This document shows, in pieces, positions 43,467 to 53,574 of a stretch of DNA of 64,000 nucleotides; the stretch's first letter is position 1, and every line of letters begins with the position of its first letter. The notes below the pieces were generated by a model, which was not told the DNA's origin, ran no database searches, and saw only the letters and a list, made by a program, of their open reading frames with translations. This stretch comes from Naegleria gruberi (Eukaryota). The stretch is taken from the NCBI GenBank assembly GCA_000004985.1, contig GG738858.1; one strand, written 5' to 3'. Position numbers and translations under genes: made by a program.

Positions 43467-44035
43467 TTACAATGAATAAAGGAATGGAGTATACCTCTTA
43501 TAAGTAATACTATCAGGTGGTCGTTTCTCTCTATCAGCCATATAGATTGAAAACTTTCTAGGAATACCATATTTCAGTGCATGACGATCTCCTTCCTTCC
43601 ACATATCCAATGCATATTTACCAGCTTCTAATTCATTTAAAATTAAATAGGGACTAAAATCATCTTTGGTTGCTTCAAAATGTGCTCTCAATGTCTAAAA
43701 TCAAAAGTATCAATAATTTTTAAATTATTATTCCAATCATCCAATAATAGCAATTAATATTATAAATATTAATTCAAATAATTATTATCAATTCCGAAAT
43801 TTAATTTACAAAATAAATCCAATTTGATATATACCTGTTTGCTAACTTCCCTCACAGCAAGAGGAAGTGTTTTATTCAATTGTCTAATCCACTCCCGATA
43901 CAAAGACAAAACCTTTGGCTTTGAATATTGTTCCACAAATAAATCCACATCATTTCCGAATGATTTTAATAATTTCCTCCTCTGAAAACTTCTCCGTATC
44001 TGATTAGGAATTGTATAGAATTCAAATCTTGGCAT
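43467..44035 (-). CDS. LYR-motif protein (complex-I LYR family, NDUFA6/LYRM-like), 2 exons with a 140-nt intron
   Basis: ATG at 44035. Exon 1 is 44035..43835 with an LYR motif (VLSLYREWIRQLNKT) and ends AAA CAG|gtatat. The intron 43834..43695 ends ttttag. Exon 2 is 43694..43467 (TLRAHFEATKDDFSPY...). Phase 0 on both sides. Confidence 0.5.
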
Positions 44036-44147
44036 TTTTAAATAATTTTTTTGATTTTTTAATAATTTTCAAAAGGAATTTAAATTTGGAACGAAAGAAA
44101 TCGGAGTTCAATTATAATTAAAATTTTCAAGAATACATTACAAAAAA

Positions 44148-44474
44148 ATGCAACCACATGATTCTCCTCGGATAGAGGAAGAAGAACCAATTCTTGAGAT
44201 GAATCGGCAACGTTTTCTATCAAGTAATGATGAAAATTCTTCATCTTTTCAAAATATTGAAAATATTGAAGATGGAAACCAAATTAATTCAACTCCAAAA
44301 ATAGATAATTTTCAAATGGAAACTTGTACAACTTGTAATAGAAATAATTGTAACAAGAATTCAATTTTAAAAATTCCAAAAATTAAAATTGTAAAGGAAA
44401 ATTTTGAACAATTACAAAATTGGATGTTTATTCACCATCCGAAACTCTATCATGTGATTGATGAAACTTGGTGA
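44148..44474 (+). CDS. Hypothetical 108-aa protein (N-rich)
   Basis: ATG start at 44148. No domain recognized. A clean ORF in an otherwise gene-free gap. Confidence 0.3.
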   Translation: MQPHDSPRIEEEEPILEMNRQRFLSSNDENSSSFQNIENIEDGNQINSTPKIDNFQMETCTTCNRNNCNKNSILKIPKIKIVKENFEQLQNWMFIHHPKLYHVIDETW

Positions 44475-44802
44475 TACTTGAAGAATGCATTTATTTGTTT
44501 CTTTTTTGTTCCTTTAATTATTGTTGCCATTATTGTAGCGGTAATAATTTTGATTTTCAAGAATTAAACGAAACTTTAGAATTGGAAAATTGAGACGTGA
44601 CAAAGAATGAATTGAAAATCATTGTGAGATACTTTCATTGAAAATTCTTACACAATTCACCTTTTGAAATTCAATTTCTAATAGATTCCAACAAGTTTCT
44701 TCTCAAATAAATTGCATTCTTTTTCTGTAACTATTCTTCATATGAAAAACATCATTTCTCAAATGATTTTACAAAATTTATTACAAAAATATCTTTAAAA
44801 AA

Positions 44803-46329
44803 ATGTTTCAACATCTCGACAATGACTCCCTCGCAAATATTATGAATTTTCTCAGCCTTTTTGATGTGATTGAAAACTTGGCGTTGGTAAATTCGCGTCT
44901 TTTCCGTTTGATGAACTTGGAAAATGATCATCAAGGAACCATTACGAATTTATTGATGGAAAGAATTTTATTCTCGGAAGAGGAGATGGATCTGATTGGA
45001 ATGTTGAATAGATTGGAGAGGGCTGTGTGTTTTGAGTCTCTTCTGAGTGATTTGGAGAGGGAGGTTGTTGATTGTGGTGTTTTGAAGGAGATTTTTGAGA
45101 GGAATAAATATGAGGAGGTTTCAGTGAAGGAGTGTGTGAAGGGGATGGATTGGAAGAGAGTCGTTAGGATTGAGAAGTATGATGAATTGAGGATTTGTGT
45201 GGAGCTGGGGCGGAGATTAGGCTATTTGGATGCATGTTGGTTGTATGAAAATCAAAAAATAGGGAGGAAACCTTTCCAATTGTTTTATAGTCATGAAATG
45301 GATGGTTACTCTGAAGGTAATCTATTATTTCTAGATTTTCTGCAACTGGTTAAGGCATATGAATTGTCAATGGATAAGATTTACAAAATTCACCTCTACT
45401 TTGTCAATAATCAACTAAAAATCTCGAAAATAGTTTCTCGAGCAAGAGAGGGACAAAAATTAACTGAAAAGGAAATTTTAGTGAAGGATTACAAGTATTT
45501 ATATGAAAAAATGTTGGGATATAGTGGAATTGTTGGTACACTGGACTTGAAAGTGCTCTCTTACCAAGAAGGTGTAGAAAACAATGTTACTATTTCAACT
45601 GTGGATATTCAATCTGCAAAAGTTTATAGAAGCACTTGCTGTACTCTCAGAAATGGTGAGACTAATGTTGGTCAATTATTCGCAGTCAACCAATTTTTCG
45701 ATGCCATTTCAAGACCAACTAAATGTGGAGATTTGAGACTTTCCCAAAAAGGAGACATCACACTGTGGACTATTTCAAGACAGGAAATAAGGAAAATGAT
45801 TAGACCTTTTGTAATTTATCCAGTGTTGTATTTTCCATTAGCAATATATTCACATTTCAAGTTTGTGAATTATGACTTTGGATGGAATGAGACACAAGTT
45901 CATCCATATCTCCACTTTTTCGATTGTTTGGTTTTCACTTTTTTGAGCTTGGTTGGAATAGATAACTTGACAATTAGAATTCGTAGGATTCCCAGAAATG
46001 ATGCCATAATTATGTTGTTGTGCACTTTAGGAATATTTCTTGTCAAGTTAACTATTTGTATATTTGGAACGAGCCACCCACTTCGATCCTTCATTAACAC
46101 CTTTTCATTCTCTGCACCATTCATCCTCTCCAGTGTACCATTCATTTATGGATTAAATTTATATCCAAAGGCATTGTTCTGGTATTGGAGATCAACCAAT
46201 TGGTTCTATAATAATATAGTTGTGAAAAAAACAGGTGGATTTTTGAGGAAATGTGTGGATTGGATTACAAATTATTATTCCTTAAATGGTGTTCAGCATG
46301 ACAGTTCAACTCGTTGCGCAATTAATTAG
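44803..46329 (+). CDS. Hypothetical protein with an N-terminal F-box-like segment and C-terminal multi-pass hydrophobic region
   Basis: ATG at 44803. LANIMNFLSLFDVIENLALVNSRLFRLM resembles an F-box. Several hydrophobic helices occupy the last 180 aa. Confidence 0.45.
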   Translation: MFQHLDNDSLANIMNFLSLFDVIENLALVNSRLFRLMNLENDHQGTITNLLMERILFSEEEMDLIGMLNRLERAVCFESLLSDLEREVVDCGVLKEIFERNKYEEVSVKECVKGMDWKRVVRIEKYDELRICVELGRRLGYLDACWLYENQKIGRKPFQLFYSHEMDGYSEGNLLFLDFLQLVKAYELSMDKIYKIHLYFVNNQLKISKIVSRAREGQKLTEKEILVKDYKYLYEKMLGYSGIVGTLDLKVLSYQEGVENNVTISTVDIQSAKVYRSTCCTLRNGETNVGQLFAVNQFFDAISRPTKCGDLRLSQKGDITLWTISRQEIRKMIRPFVIYPVLYFPLAIYSHFKFVNYDFGWNETQVHPYLHFFDCLVFTFLSLVGIDNLTIRIRRIPRNDAIIMLLCTLGIFLVKLTICIFGTSHPLRSFINTFSFSAPFILSSVPFIYGLNLYPKALFWYWRSTNWFYNNIVVKKTGGFLRKCVDWITNYYSLNGVQHDSSTRCAIN

Positions 46330-46690
46330 GAAATTTACAAATATTGAAATTACAGTTTACAAAAAAGTTAGTGAGTGAAGGTAGTTTCGATCTACCACCT
46401 TAGAATCTACCAAGCTTCCTATGTTCTCCCATTTAAACTATTCACCCACAAATTCTTTTCTCTACATAATTCAAGCTTTATCCTAAAGTTCATCTATAAA
46501 TAGAGATGGTTTTGGTTTTGGATTAAATTTATAAAAAGAATGACAAGATAAATTGTTTGATATGAGAATATTGATATTTATTTGGTTACCAATAAGAGGT
46601 ATTGAATATTACCCAAAAAAAACAAAGTTTACAAAAAATGATAATATTTCAATACTATTGATTGTAATTAATATTGAAACGAATGATGAT

Positions 46691-46849
46691 TTACCAACCA
46701 GCTGGTTTACTACAAGTTGGACATTTCAAACCAACTTTTCCAGATGGAGAACTTTTACATCCAGGGCAAACTCTGTGGGAACAACCATTCTTACAAGAAA
46801 TTGAAGATAAAGTTGAAGCATTGAAACTACACCACTCACACTTGGCCAT
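46691..46849 (-). CDS. 52-aa Cys-rich zinc-ribbon-like micro-protein, copy A (MAKCEWCSFNASTLSSISCKNGCSHRVCPGCKSSPSGKVGLKCPTCSKPAGW)
   Basis: It is below the 60-aa cutoff of the ORF track. It was found as the reverse-complement near-duplicate of 47352..47510. ATG at 46849..46847 and TAA at 46693..46691. Eight Cys in CxxC..C..CxxxCxxC..CxxC spacing. Confidence 0.45.
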   Translation of the reverse strand: MAKCEWCSFNASTLSSISCKNGCSHRVCPGCKSSPSGKVGLKCPTCSKPAGW

Positions 46850-47351
46850 TTCGAAAATATTTCTTTTGATTTTTGGGTTAATAACAAAACAGTTGAATTG
46901 TTTTTTTGTTTGGTGGAAAATGAAATCATGCAGTTGGTTGGCCTATTTATTGTATTTGTTGTTGGAAAGTTATTGGAAACAATCTCTTTGGAACAGGTCT
47001 GAACTTGGATTTTGAGCCACATTTCAATGAAAACACGTGTTGCAAGAAAAGTTCATGACCATCAATTTAATGTTCAGTATTTGTTCATGGTCACGACTGG
47101 ATCTTCAAGATCATAAAAGTTTCGAATAAATCCATGTTGTGTCCATTCTTGATAGTTAACCAATCAATGCAAGAGGGCTATTTAAATTGTAAAACGAAAA
47201 TAAATGGTGAAATAATACTATTCACTCACTGACTCCCTGAAACAATTCTAATATCTCATCATGCAAAATATCTTTCGAATAAATTGAGTTGATCCACAAC
47301 CAATTTCTCAAAACAAATCAAAAAAACAATTCTAAACAATCATTAATCAAA

Positions 47352-47510
47352 ATGGCCAAGTGTGACTGGTGCAGTTTCAATGCTTCAACTTTATCTTCAA
47401 TCTCTTGTAAGAATGGTTGTTCTCATAGAGTTTGTCCTGGATGTAAAAGTTCTCCATCTGGAAAAGTTGGTTTGAAATGCCCAACTTGTAGTAAACCTGC
47501 TGGTTGGTAA
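47352..47510 (+). CDS. 52-aa Cys-rich zinc-ribbon-like micro-protein, copy B (MAKCDWCSF...KPAGW)
   Basis: Internal ATG of track ORF 47289..47510. It is ~93% nt identical to copy A on the opposite strand, with one aa difference (D/E). Confidence 0.45.
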   Translation: MAKCDWCSFNASTLSSISCKNGCSHRVCPGCKSSPSGKVGLKCPTCSKPAGW

Positions 47511-47663
47511 AATTGACCAACTCAAGTTGGAATCTTTCGTTTTTTTGCTAAAGTTTCTTTTTTTTTTCGATATTTCAGATTCCCTTATTCTAATAGTTTA
47601 CATTCCAATAAATGCAACAAATTTAAACTAATGTTTCCATAATAAGAATTATATTTAATGAAT

Positions 47664-48611
47664 TTAGTATACGCATTCTTTCAATGATTTTCCATATTTA
47701 CGCAATTGATTAAAGATTCTAATCAATTGTTCACAATCTTCAATCTTTGGCAATTGATTTCCAGTTTCAAAAGTTGCCGTAGTTTTCTTGGCATCACCAA
47801 CCTCCTCACTGTCCATAATCTTTCCAAAATATTCTCTACTCTGCATCAATTTATCTTCCCATTTGTCTGCGAATGAGCTCACTTCTTTACTTTTTAGGCA
47901 AGAGTTCATGGCCACAGGGATAGCCACACTGCATCCAACTGCCATGGCCACACCAACTCCAGCCACAATAGGAACTCCCACAAAAGCACCAATAAATGTA
48001 GTAATTGCAGCAATTCCCAATCCAACTAACCCAACCAAGGACACAATTCCCAAAATAATGCATGCCCAAAAGTATTTCTTTGCTTTGGCTCTCAGAATAT
48101 TCTCAATATGATTCACAGAAGATTCAAGAGTGCTTCTATACCGTGGATGTGTAATCAGTTTCAAATGATCATGAATTACTGTCATTCTCTTCACATAGGA
48201 TTCCTGGTTGACTTGGTTGAAAATGTCCTTAAATAGCTCAACACCCATTTCACCAATTTCAATAAGGAAATTTCCATGTAACAATATAGCATAAATAGCT
48301 TCCCTAAATGATTCTCTTTCACTTTCTTTCAGAAACAAGTAACAATCCTTAATGCATTTACTCATTTCTTGCTCAGTCGATGAAAAATCTTGTTTTTCCA
48401 TTTCGTCTGCAATTTCTTTCAAATCTTTCTTGTCGTCGTTGTTGTCATTATGAATTGGCTTGTTCTCATTGCTCAGGTCTATATTTTGCCAGGTTTCAAT
48501 GTAGACGTAATCGTCCAAGATGTCAAAACAATCGACAATGTCAAGGCAAGTTTGTTGAGTTTCTTCTGGTTTCTGATTGGAACTATCTTTCTTTGTGTGC
48601 CGTTGACCCAT
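47664..48611 (-). CDS. Hypothetical 315-aa protein: MGQRHT N-myristoylation motif, helical domain, C-terminal Gly/Ala-rich (GxxxG glycine-zipper) TM hairpin
   Basis: The TM hairpin region reads ILGIVSLVGLVGLGIAAITTFIGAFVGVPIVAGVGVAMAVGCSVAIPV. It is a paralog of 49947..50894, with identical length. Confidence 0.55.
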   Translation of the reverse strand: MGQRHTKKDSSNQKPEETQQTCLDIVDCFDILDDYVYIETWQNIDLSNENKPIHNDNNDDKKDLKEIADEMEKQDFSSTEQEMSKCIKDCYLFLKESERESFREAIYAILLHGNFLIEIGEMGVELFKDIFNQVNQESYVKRMTVIHDHLKLITHPRYRSTLESSVNHIENILRAKAKKYFWACIILGIVSLVGLVGLGIAAITTFIGAFVGVPIVAGVGVAMAVGCSVAIPVAMNSCLKSKEVSSFADKWEDKLMQSREYFGKIMDSEEVGDAKKTTATFETGNQLPKIEDCEQLIRIFNQLRKYGKSLKECVY

Positions 48612-48968
48612 TTACTTGAATTGCCGTTTTTTTTGAAAATATTAATGGAGTTGTGGCACAGATATTTATTCGAAACGTGAATTGACAATTGATTTTCTCT
48701 CAATCACTTGTTTGTCTCAAACTTGTAAATTTCTGCTACGATAGAAGGAGGTACATTAATTCTACTCCTATCCTTAAATGACAAGATGTTGGAATGTGCT
48801 AAAAAACGTGATCATTCTTTACAATTTTAACAAGATTCGAAACTTTCCATTGGGTAAAGACTAAATATAAAAAGACTGCAGCTCCACAAATTACCAAGTT
48901 ATCTCCAACCTCTTGAAATATTGAAATTTTGAATCGATTCAATTCTATCTTAAATATTGTAAAAAAAA

Positions 48969-49904
48969 ATGAGTAAACGAAACAGACAAGATTTCGAATA
49001 TATTAAATTAATTACCAATTCGGAGGAAATATTCACGGAAGAGAAAGCAAAAGCTATGAAACTGCACCACCAACAACACGAAGATAATGACATATTTTCC
49101 GATGATATTTGCTTTGAAATAATTTCCATGCTTGATGATTCGTGGTTTATTCTAAATAATTGCACTTTAATTTCAAAACAATTCTGTCAGGTGATCAAGG
49201 AACGCTCTAAACTAGTTATTCAATTTAAAAAACCATTGACAGAGAGACGAGTTGAATTATTAAGGAAAAGTCAATTTATGAATTGTATTGTTAATGTTAA
49301 ATTTAATGAAATGTTGTTGGAATTGAGAGAAAATATCAAATTTATAAGTGAAATGAAACAATTAACATCACTTGATGTTTCTGACAATGAAATTGGAAAT
49401 GTAGGAGCTAAACATATAAGTGAAATGAAACAATTAACATCACTTAATATATGTAATAATCGAATTGGTGATGAAGGAGCTAAATTCATAAGCGAAATGC
49501 AACAATTAACATTACTTGATATTTCTGATAATCATATTGGTGATAAGGGAGTTAAATTTATAAGTGAAATGAAACAATTGACATCATTCAATATTTCTGA
49601 TGATCTAATTGGTAATGTAGGAGCCAAATCTATAAGTGAAATGCAACAATTAACATCACTTGATGTTTCTGATAATCATATTGGTGATAGTGGAGTAAAA
49701 TTCATCAGTGAAATGAAACAATTAACATCACTCAATATTGCTATCAATCGAGTTGGTGATGAAGGAGCCAAACTCATAAGTGAAATGAAACAATTAAGAT
49801 CACTTAATATTTCTGACAATGAACTTGGTGATGAAGGAGTCAAATTCATAAGTGAAATGAAACAATTAAGATCAAATTGTTTGGGTATTGTACAGCAGAA
49901 TTGA
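48969..49904 (+). CDS. F-box-like / RNI-type leucine-rich-repeat protein
   Basis: ATG at 48969. The N-terminus has an F-box-like motif (IFSDDICFEIISMLDDSWF). The LRR part consists of eight near-identical 24-aa repeats ISEMKQLTSL(D/N)(V/I)SDNxIGDxGAKF. Confidence 0.6.
   Translation: MSKRNRQDFEYIKLITNSEEIFTEEKAKAMKLHHQQHEDNDIFSDDICFEIISMLDDSWFILNNCTLISKQFCQVIKERSKLVIQFKKPLTERRVELLRKSQFMNCIVNVKFNEMLLELRENIKFISEMKQLTSLDVSDNEIGNVGAKHISEMKQLTSLNICNNRIGDEGAKFISEMQQLTLLDISDNHIGDKGVKFISEMKQLTSFNISDDLIGNVGAKSISEMQQLTSLDVSDNHIGDSGVKFISEMKQLTSLNIAINRVGDEGAKLISEMKQLRSLNISDNELGDEGVKFISEMKQLRSNCLGIVQQN
49345..49880 (+). repeat. 72-bp-period tandem coding repeat (about 7.5 units) inside the LRR gene
   Basis: Units such as aagtgaaatgaaacaattaacatcacttgatgtttctgacaatgaaattggaaatgtaggagctaaacatat are nearly identical to each other at the DNA level. 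Confidence 0.8.
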
Positions 49905-49946
49905 AAGATTGTTCAACAAATTATTTTCCAAAATGATTTAATTATT

Positions 49947-50894
49947 CTAAATGACACATTCTTTCAATGCTGTTCCATACTTGCTCAATTGATAAAAGAT
50001 ATTAATCAAGTGTTCACATTCTTCAATCTTTGGCAACTTGTTGGCATTTTCATAATCCTTGGTGGTCTTTTCAGCTCTGGTAAATTCTGAACTTTCCATT
50101 GCATTCTTAAAACATTGTTTGCTTTCCATCAATTTATCTTCCCAATTGCCTGCGAATGAACTGACTTCAGTGGCTTCCATGCAAGAGTTCATGACCACAG
50201 GAATGGCCACACTGCATCCAACTGCCATGACCACACCAACTCCAGCCACAATAGGAACACCCACAAAGGCACCAATCACTGTTGTAATTGCAGCAATTCC
50301 CAAACCAACCAAACCAACCATGGACACAACTCCCAAAATAATACTTGCCCAAAAGTATTTCTTTGCTTTGGCTCTCAGAATATTCTCCATATGTTTAATG
50401 GAAGTTTCAAGTTTAGTTAAATATTTGGCATTGTCAAAGTAATCTTCCCAAAACTTGTAAATTGCATTCATTCTCTTTTCATATGATCCTTGGTTGACTT
50501 GATTTAAAATATCAGTAAATAGTTCAACTCCCAATTTACCAACTTTAATAAGGTGATTGCCATGGAGAACGATATTTTCAATTGCCTTGTAAAATGGTTC
50601 TCTCTCACTTGGTTTTAGAAACAGATAACAATCTTGAACACATTTTTGGATTTCGTTTTGAGTTTCAAAAATGTCAGTTTTTTGCAATTCTTTGGAAATT
50701 TCCTTCAAATCTTTCTTGTTTTCTTTCAATTCAATATTTTGCCAATAGTTTTCTATATAAACTCGATTCTCAATCATGTCAAAACAATCAACAATGTCAA
50801 TACTCGTTGAAGAATCTGTTTCTTGAGCAAGTTGCTTGAGATTGAGAGATTGGTGAAGGCCTGTGTCCTTCTTTGTGGTTTGGCGTTGACCCAT
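49947..50894 (-). CDS. Paralog of 47664..48611 (MGQRQT N-myristoylation motif plus a glycine-zipper TM hairpin)
   Basis: Same 315-aa length and collinear similarity throughout. The TM block is nearly identical to its paralog (GLVGLGIAAITTVIGAFVGVPIVAGVGVVMAVGCSVAIPV). Confidence 0.55.
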   Translation of the reverse strand: MGQRQTTKKDTGLHQSLNLKQLAQETDSSTSIDIVDCFDMIENRVYIENYWQNIELKENKKDLKEISKELQKTDIFETQNEIQKCVQDCYLFLKPSEREPFYKAIENIVLHGNHLIKVGKLGVELFTDILNQVNQGSYEKRMNAIYKFWEDYFDNAKYLTKLETSIKHMENILRAKAKKYFWASIILGVVSMVGLVGLGIAAITTVIGAFVGVPIVAGVGVVMAVGCSVAIPVVMNSCMEATEVSSFAGNWEDKLMESKQCFKNAMESSEFTRAEKTTKDYENANKLPKIEECEHLINIFYQLSKYGTALKECVI

Positions 50895-50910
50895 TGTTTT
50901 TGTTTTTTTA

Positions 50911-50965
50911 AAACGTGAGTTTTGTTAGAAACGTGAAACTCAAAACATATTTATTCGAAACGTGA
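50911..50965. promoter_or_regulatory. Three AAACGTGA octamers (50911-18, 50929-36, 50958-65) in the 5' flank of 49947..50894; one copy at 48673-80 upstream of the paralog
   Basis: ttaAAACGTGAgtttt, agAAACGTGAaact, tattcgAAACGTGAtg; and tattcgAAACGTGAattg at 48667..48684. Confidence 0.4.
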
Positions 50966-51337
50966 TGCGTGTGGTGTTGACCATCATGTCAATTTCTGGT
51001 ACGATAGTAGGTTTATTACAAATTTCTTGTTTTTAATTGGTGAGATGTAGGAGAATATTGTTTTCTTTCTCATCGACTGTGTAACCATTCAATTCGATTT
51101 GCTCCTTAGATCCACCAATATCATTATATGTAATTCCGCAGTCCTAATTGTAACACTGGCATCAATTTTTGGAGGGAGTGGAATACGAATTTGATATTTT
51201 GTACGATCAACACCAATACGTACCAGTTGCCATGAAAGGTATGAGCCTGAGCGAATTCTTCTCTCGATTATTTAACATTGAGTTTTCATAACAAATAAAA
51301 CTCAAATCAGAACTGTTTACTAATATTATTTTGAAAA

Positions 51338-53574
51338 TTAAAGTATTTTCTTTTCGAGTTGTTTGAGAATATTTTCGAGTAACTCAACAATTTTTGTGGT
51401 TCTGTTTTTGCACTTGGTTTCATCGAAATCTGAGAGATTAGTCAATTTCTTGACTTCGTTGTTGATATTCAATGGTTCCTTATTCAAGTATTTCAATCTG
51501 TTTTCATCTGTGGTATCCTTTGTGAATGATTTACCACATAGAGTAAAGTTACCAATTTGGAGATAGCAATTATCCATCTTCTTAGCCAATAATGGTTTGA
51601 TATTGCATAACTTGAGATTACGAGGATATTGCAAGTCGAAATTAGATGCATTCGGATCAGAAAGGAAGTCTTCAATGATTGGTAAAACAGTTGAGAAAAT
51701 CTTTTTAAGCTCATTACTTTGTTTCTTCTTTGATGGGGCAGTGCTGTCATTATTGGCTAATCTAATGATCTTCTTGCTCCATTGTGAATAATTGGATTCC
51801 TCACTGTCATCACTTGCCTTTTTGCCTCCCTTTTTCTTGCTCTTTGTCTTGGTCAATATGGTTGTGAGTTCCTTAAAATCAACAACTTTGTTGTTCAAAA
51901 GATTACTGATCTCAGCCATCATGTAAGAGAACTTGACCTTGGCAAAGTCACACAAGCAAACTTGGAGTACGTGATTGTGCCAAATTGCAATTAATTGCAA
52001 TACATCTGCTTCTTCAACCTTGGAACTGACATTATAGGTGAGAAAGTGTTGGCCATGTTCCTTGCAATGTGCAATAGCAATAAGAGTTGCTAGGACTATA
52101 TCTGAGGCCACTTTTTGTGCCTTTGGGAGGTAATTTTCAGCAATGTGGTGTGTTCTGCTGATCATCTTGTTAATAAGGTGATTCTTCTCATTATTAGTGG
52201 AGAATACAGGACGATTTGCTGAACTCTTTGATTGATGACCAATGAAAATAGGAGTCATGTAATTGTTCATGAAAGTTTCACCAAGATTTTCAATATTGAC
52301 AGTTGTCTTCATGTGGGAGGCAATTTGGTCAAGAAGTTTCAAATATTCTCTATTGCTAACATTCACATTCTTTGTTGGGTGTAGCAATTGATGAATGTTT
52401 TCAAGAATATTTGAGAAATCTTCGCCAACTTCTTGATACATGTGATTCCAAGAATCAACCATTTCTTGATTCTTTTGGTGATTGTGGCAACCAAATAATC
52501 TTCCAAAATCAAGCTTGAGTTTGTCCATTGGTGACAAATCCTTTCCTCTCAAATTCAAAGTACCAAAGATTGCTAGTTCATTAGCATGTTCTGGAACTGT
52601 AATGGTAACAACAATACAATTGTGACTCAAGAAGTGAATGAAATCAACCATTTCTTCTTGTTTCTTGAAAAGCTTTTTGATTTTAAGGATGGAATGCAAG
52701 AAGTTTTTGGCACAATTCATGGCAGAAGTGGAAGTAATCTCCTTTGCTTCTTCGAGCTTGGTGATTATTTCATCAACCTTGCTCTTCTTAAAGTCACCCT
52801 CGTCCATACTGGCCTTCTTTAAAATGTTAGCAAATCCCTTCTCTTCGACAATGTACTTTTTAAAGAATGTCTTTTCCTTTCCTGCTACACCTTCTTCATC
52901 ATTGCAAACCTCAATTCTTGCTTGACCTTTCAGAGTTCCCTTGTGAATCTTCAAGTAAACTTTGCTAATTGTCTCAAAATTTTCTTCATACTTTTTCTTA
53001 TTGATACATTCTCTGAGGGCAGAGTAAAGAATGGAGAGAGAGGTCAATCTTTGTTGACCATCTATTACTTGTTGTCTGTTACCTGCCTTTAGGACAATGG
53101 AGCCAATAAAGTAGCTGCTCTCTGGTTCATTCTTGTTATACTCATTGTAGACATCATCAAGAAGGTCCATAATGTTGTCGATCTCCCAAGCATAAGGACG
53201 TTGGTATTCAGGAATAGAATAGCACAATTCAAAAAGATTGTCAATTGCTCTATTGTTGGTGGTCAACTCCCAAGCTCTTCTTTCTGAGGCAACTATCTTT
53301 GGAGGAACAGGTGGACTGAATGTGAGTGGAGAATCTGTTGAAAATGGAAGAGAGGTATCACTCTTAGAGCTTGATGGAGTTGCTGGTTGTGAAGAAGAGG
53401 AAGGAGTACTGGCGATAATGGTTTGTTCCTTCTTGGTCTTCTTCTTGTCTTTCTTTGGGGTAATGTCAGAGCAGTCTCTGGTGTTTTTCTCTTCTTGTCT
53501 ACCCCCTTTGACCACTCGGGAACCCCTGCTTCACATTCAACTTCATGAACTATTTCACTATTGAAACAGTTCAT
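51338..53574 (-). CDS. DUF262 (GmrSD-N / ParB-like nuclease fold) domain protein with a low-complexity N-region, 2 exons
   Basis: The DUF262 motifs are IPEYQRPYAW ... IDGQQRLTSL and a downstream LNLRGKDL block. The main frame has no ATG before the domain; the track start is GTG. Exon 1 is 53574..53503 (ATG, MNCFNSEIVHEVECEAGVPEWSKG). The 50-nt intron is 53502..53453 (gtagac...ccaaag). Exon 2 is 53452..51338, beginning KDKKKTKKEQ. Phase 0 on both sides. Confidence 0.6.
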
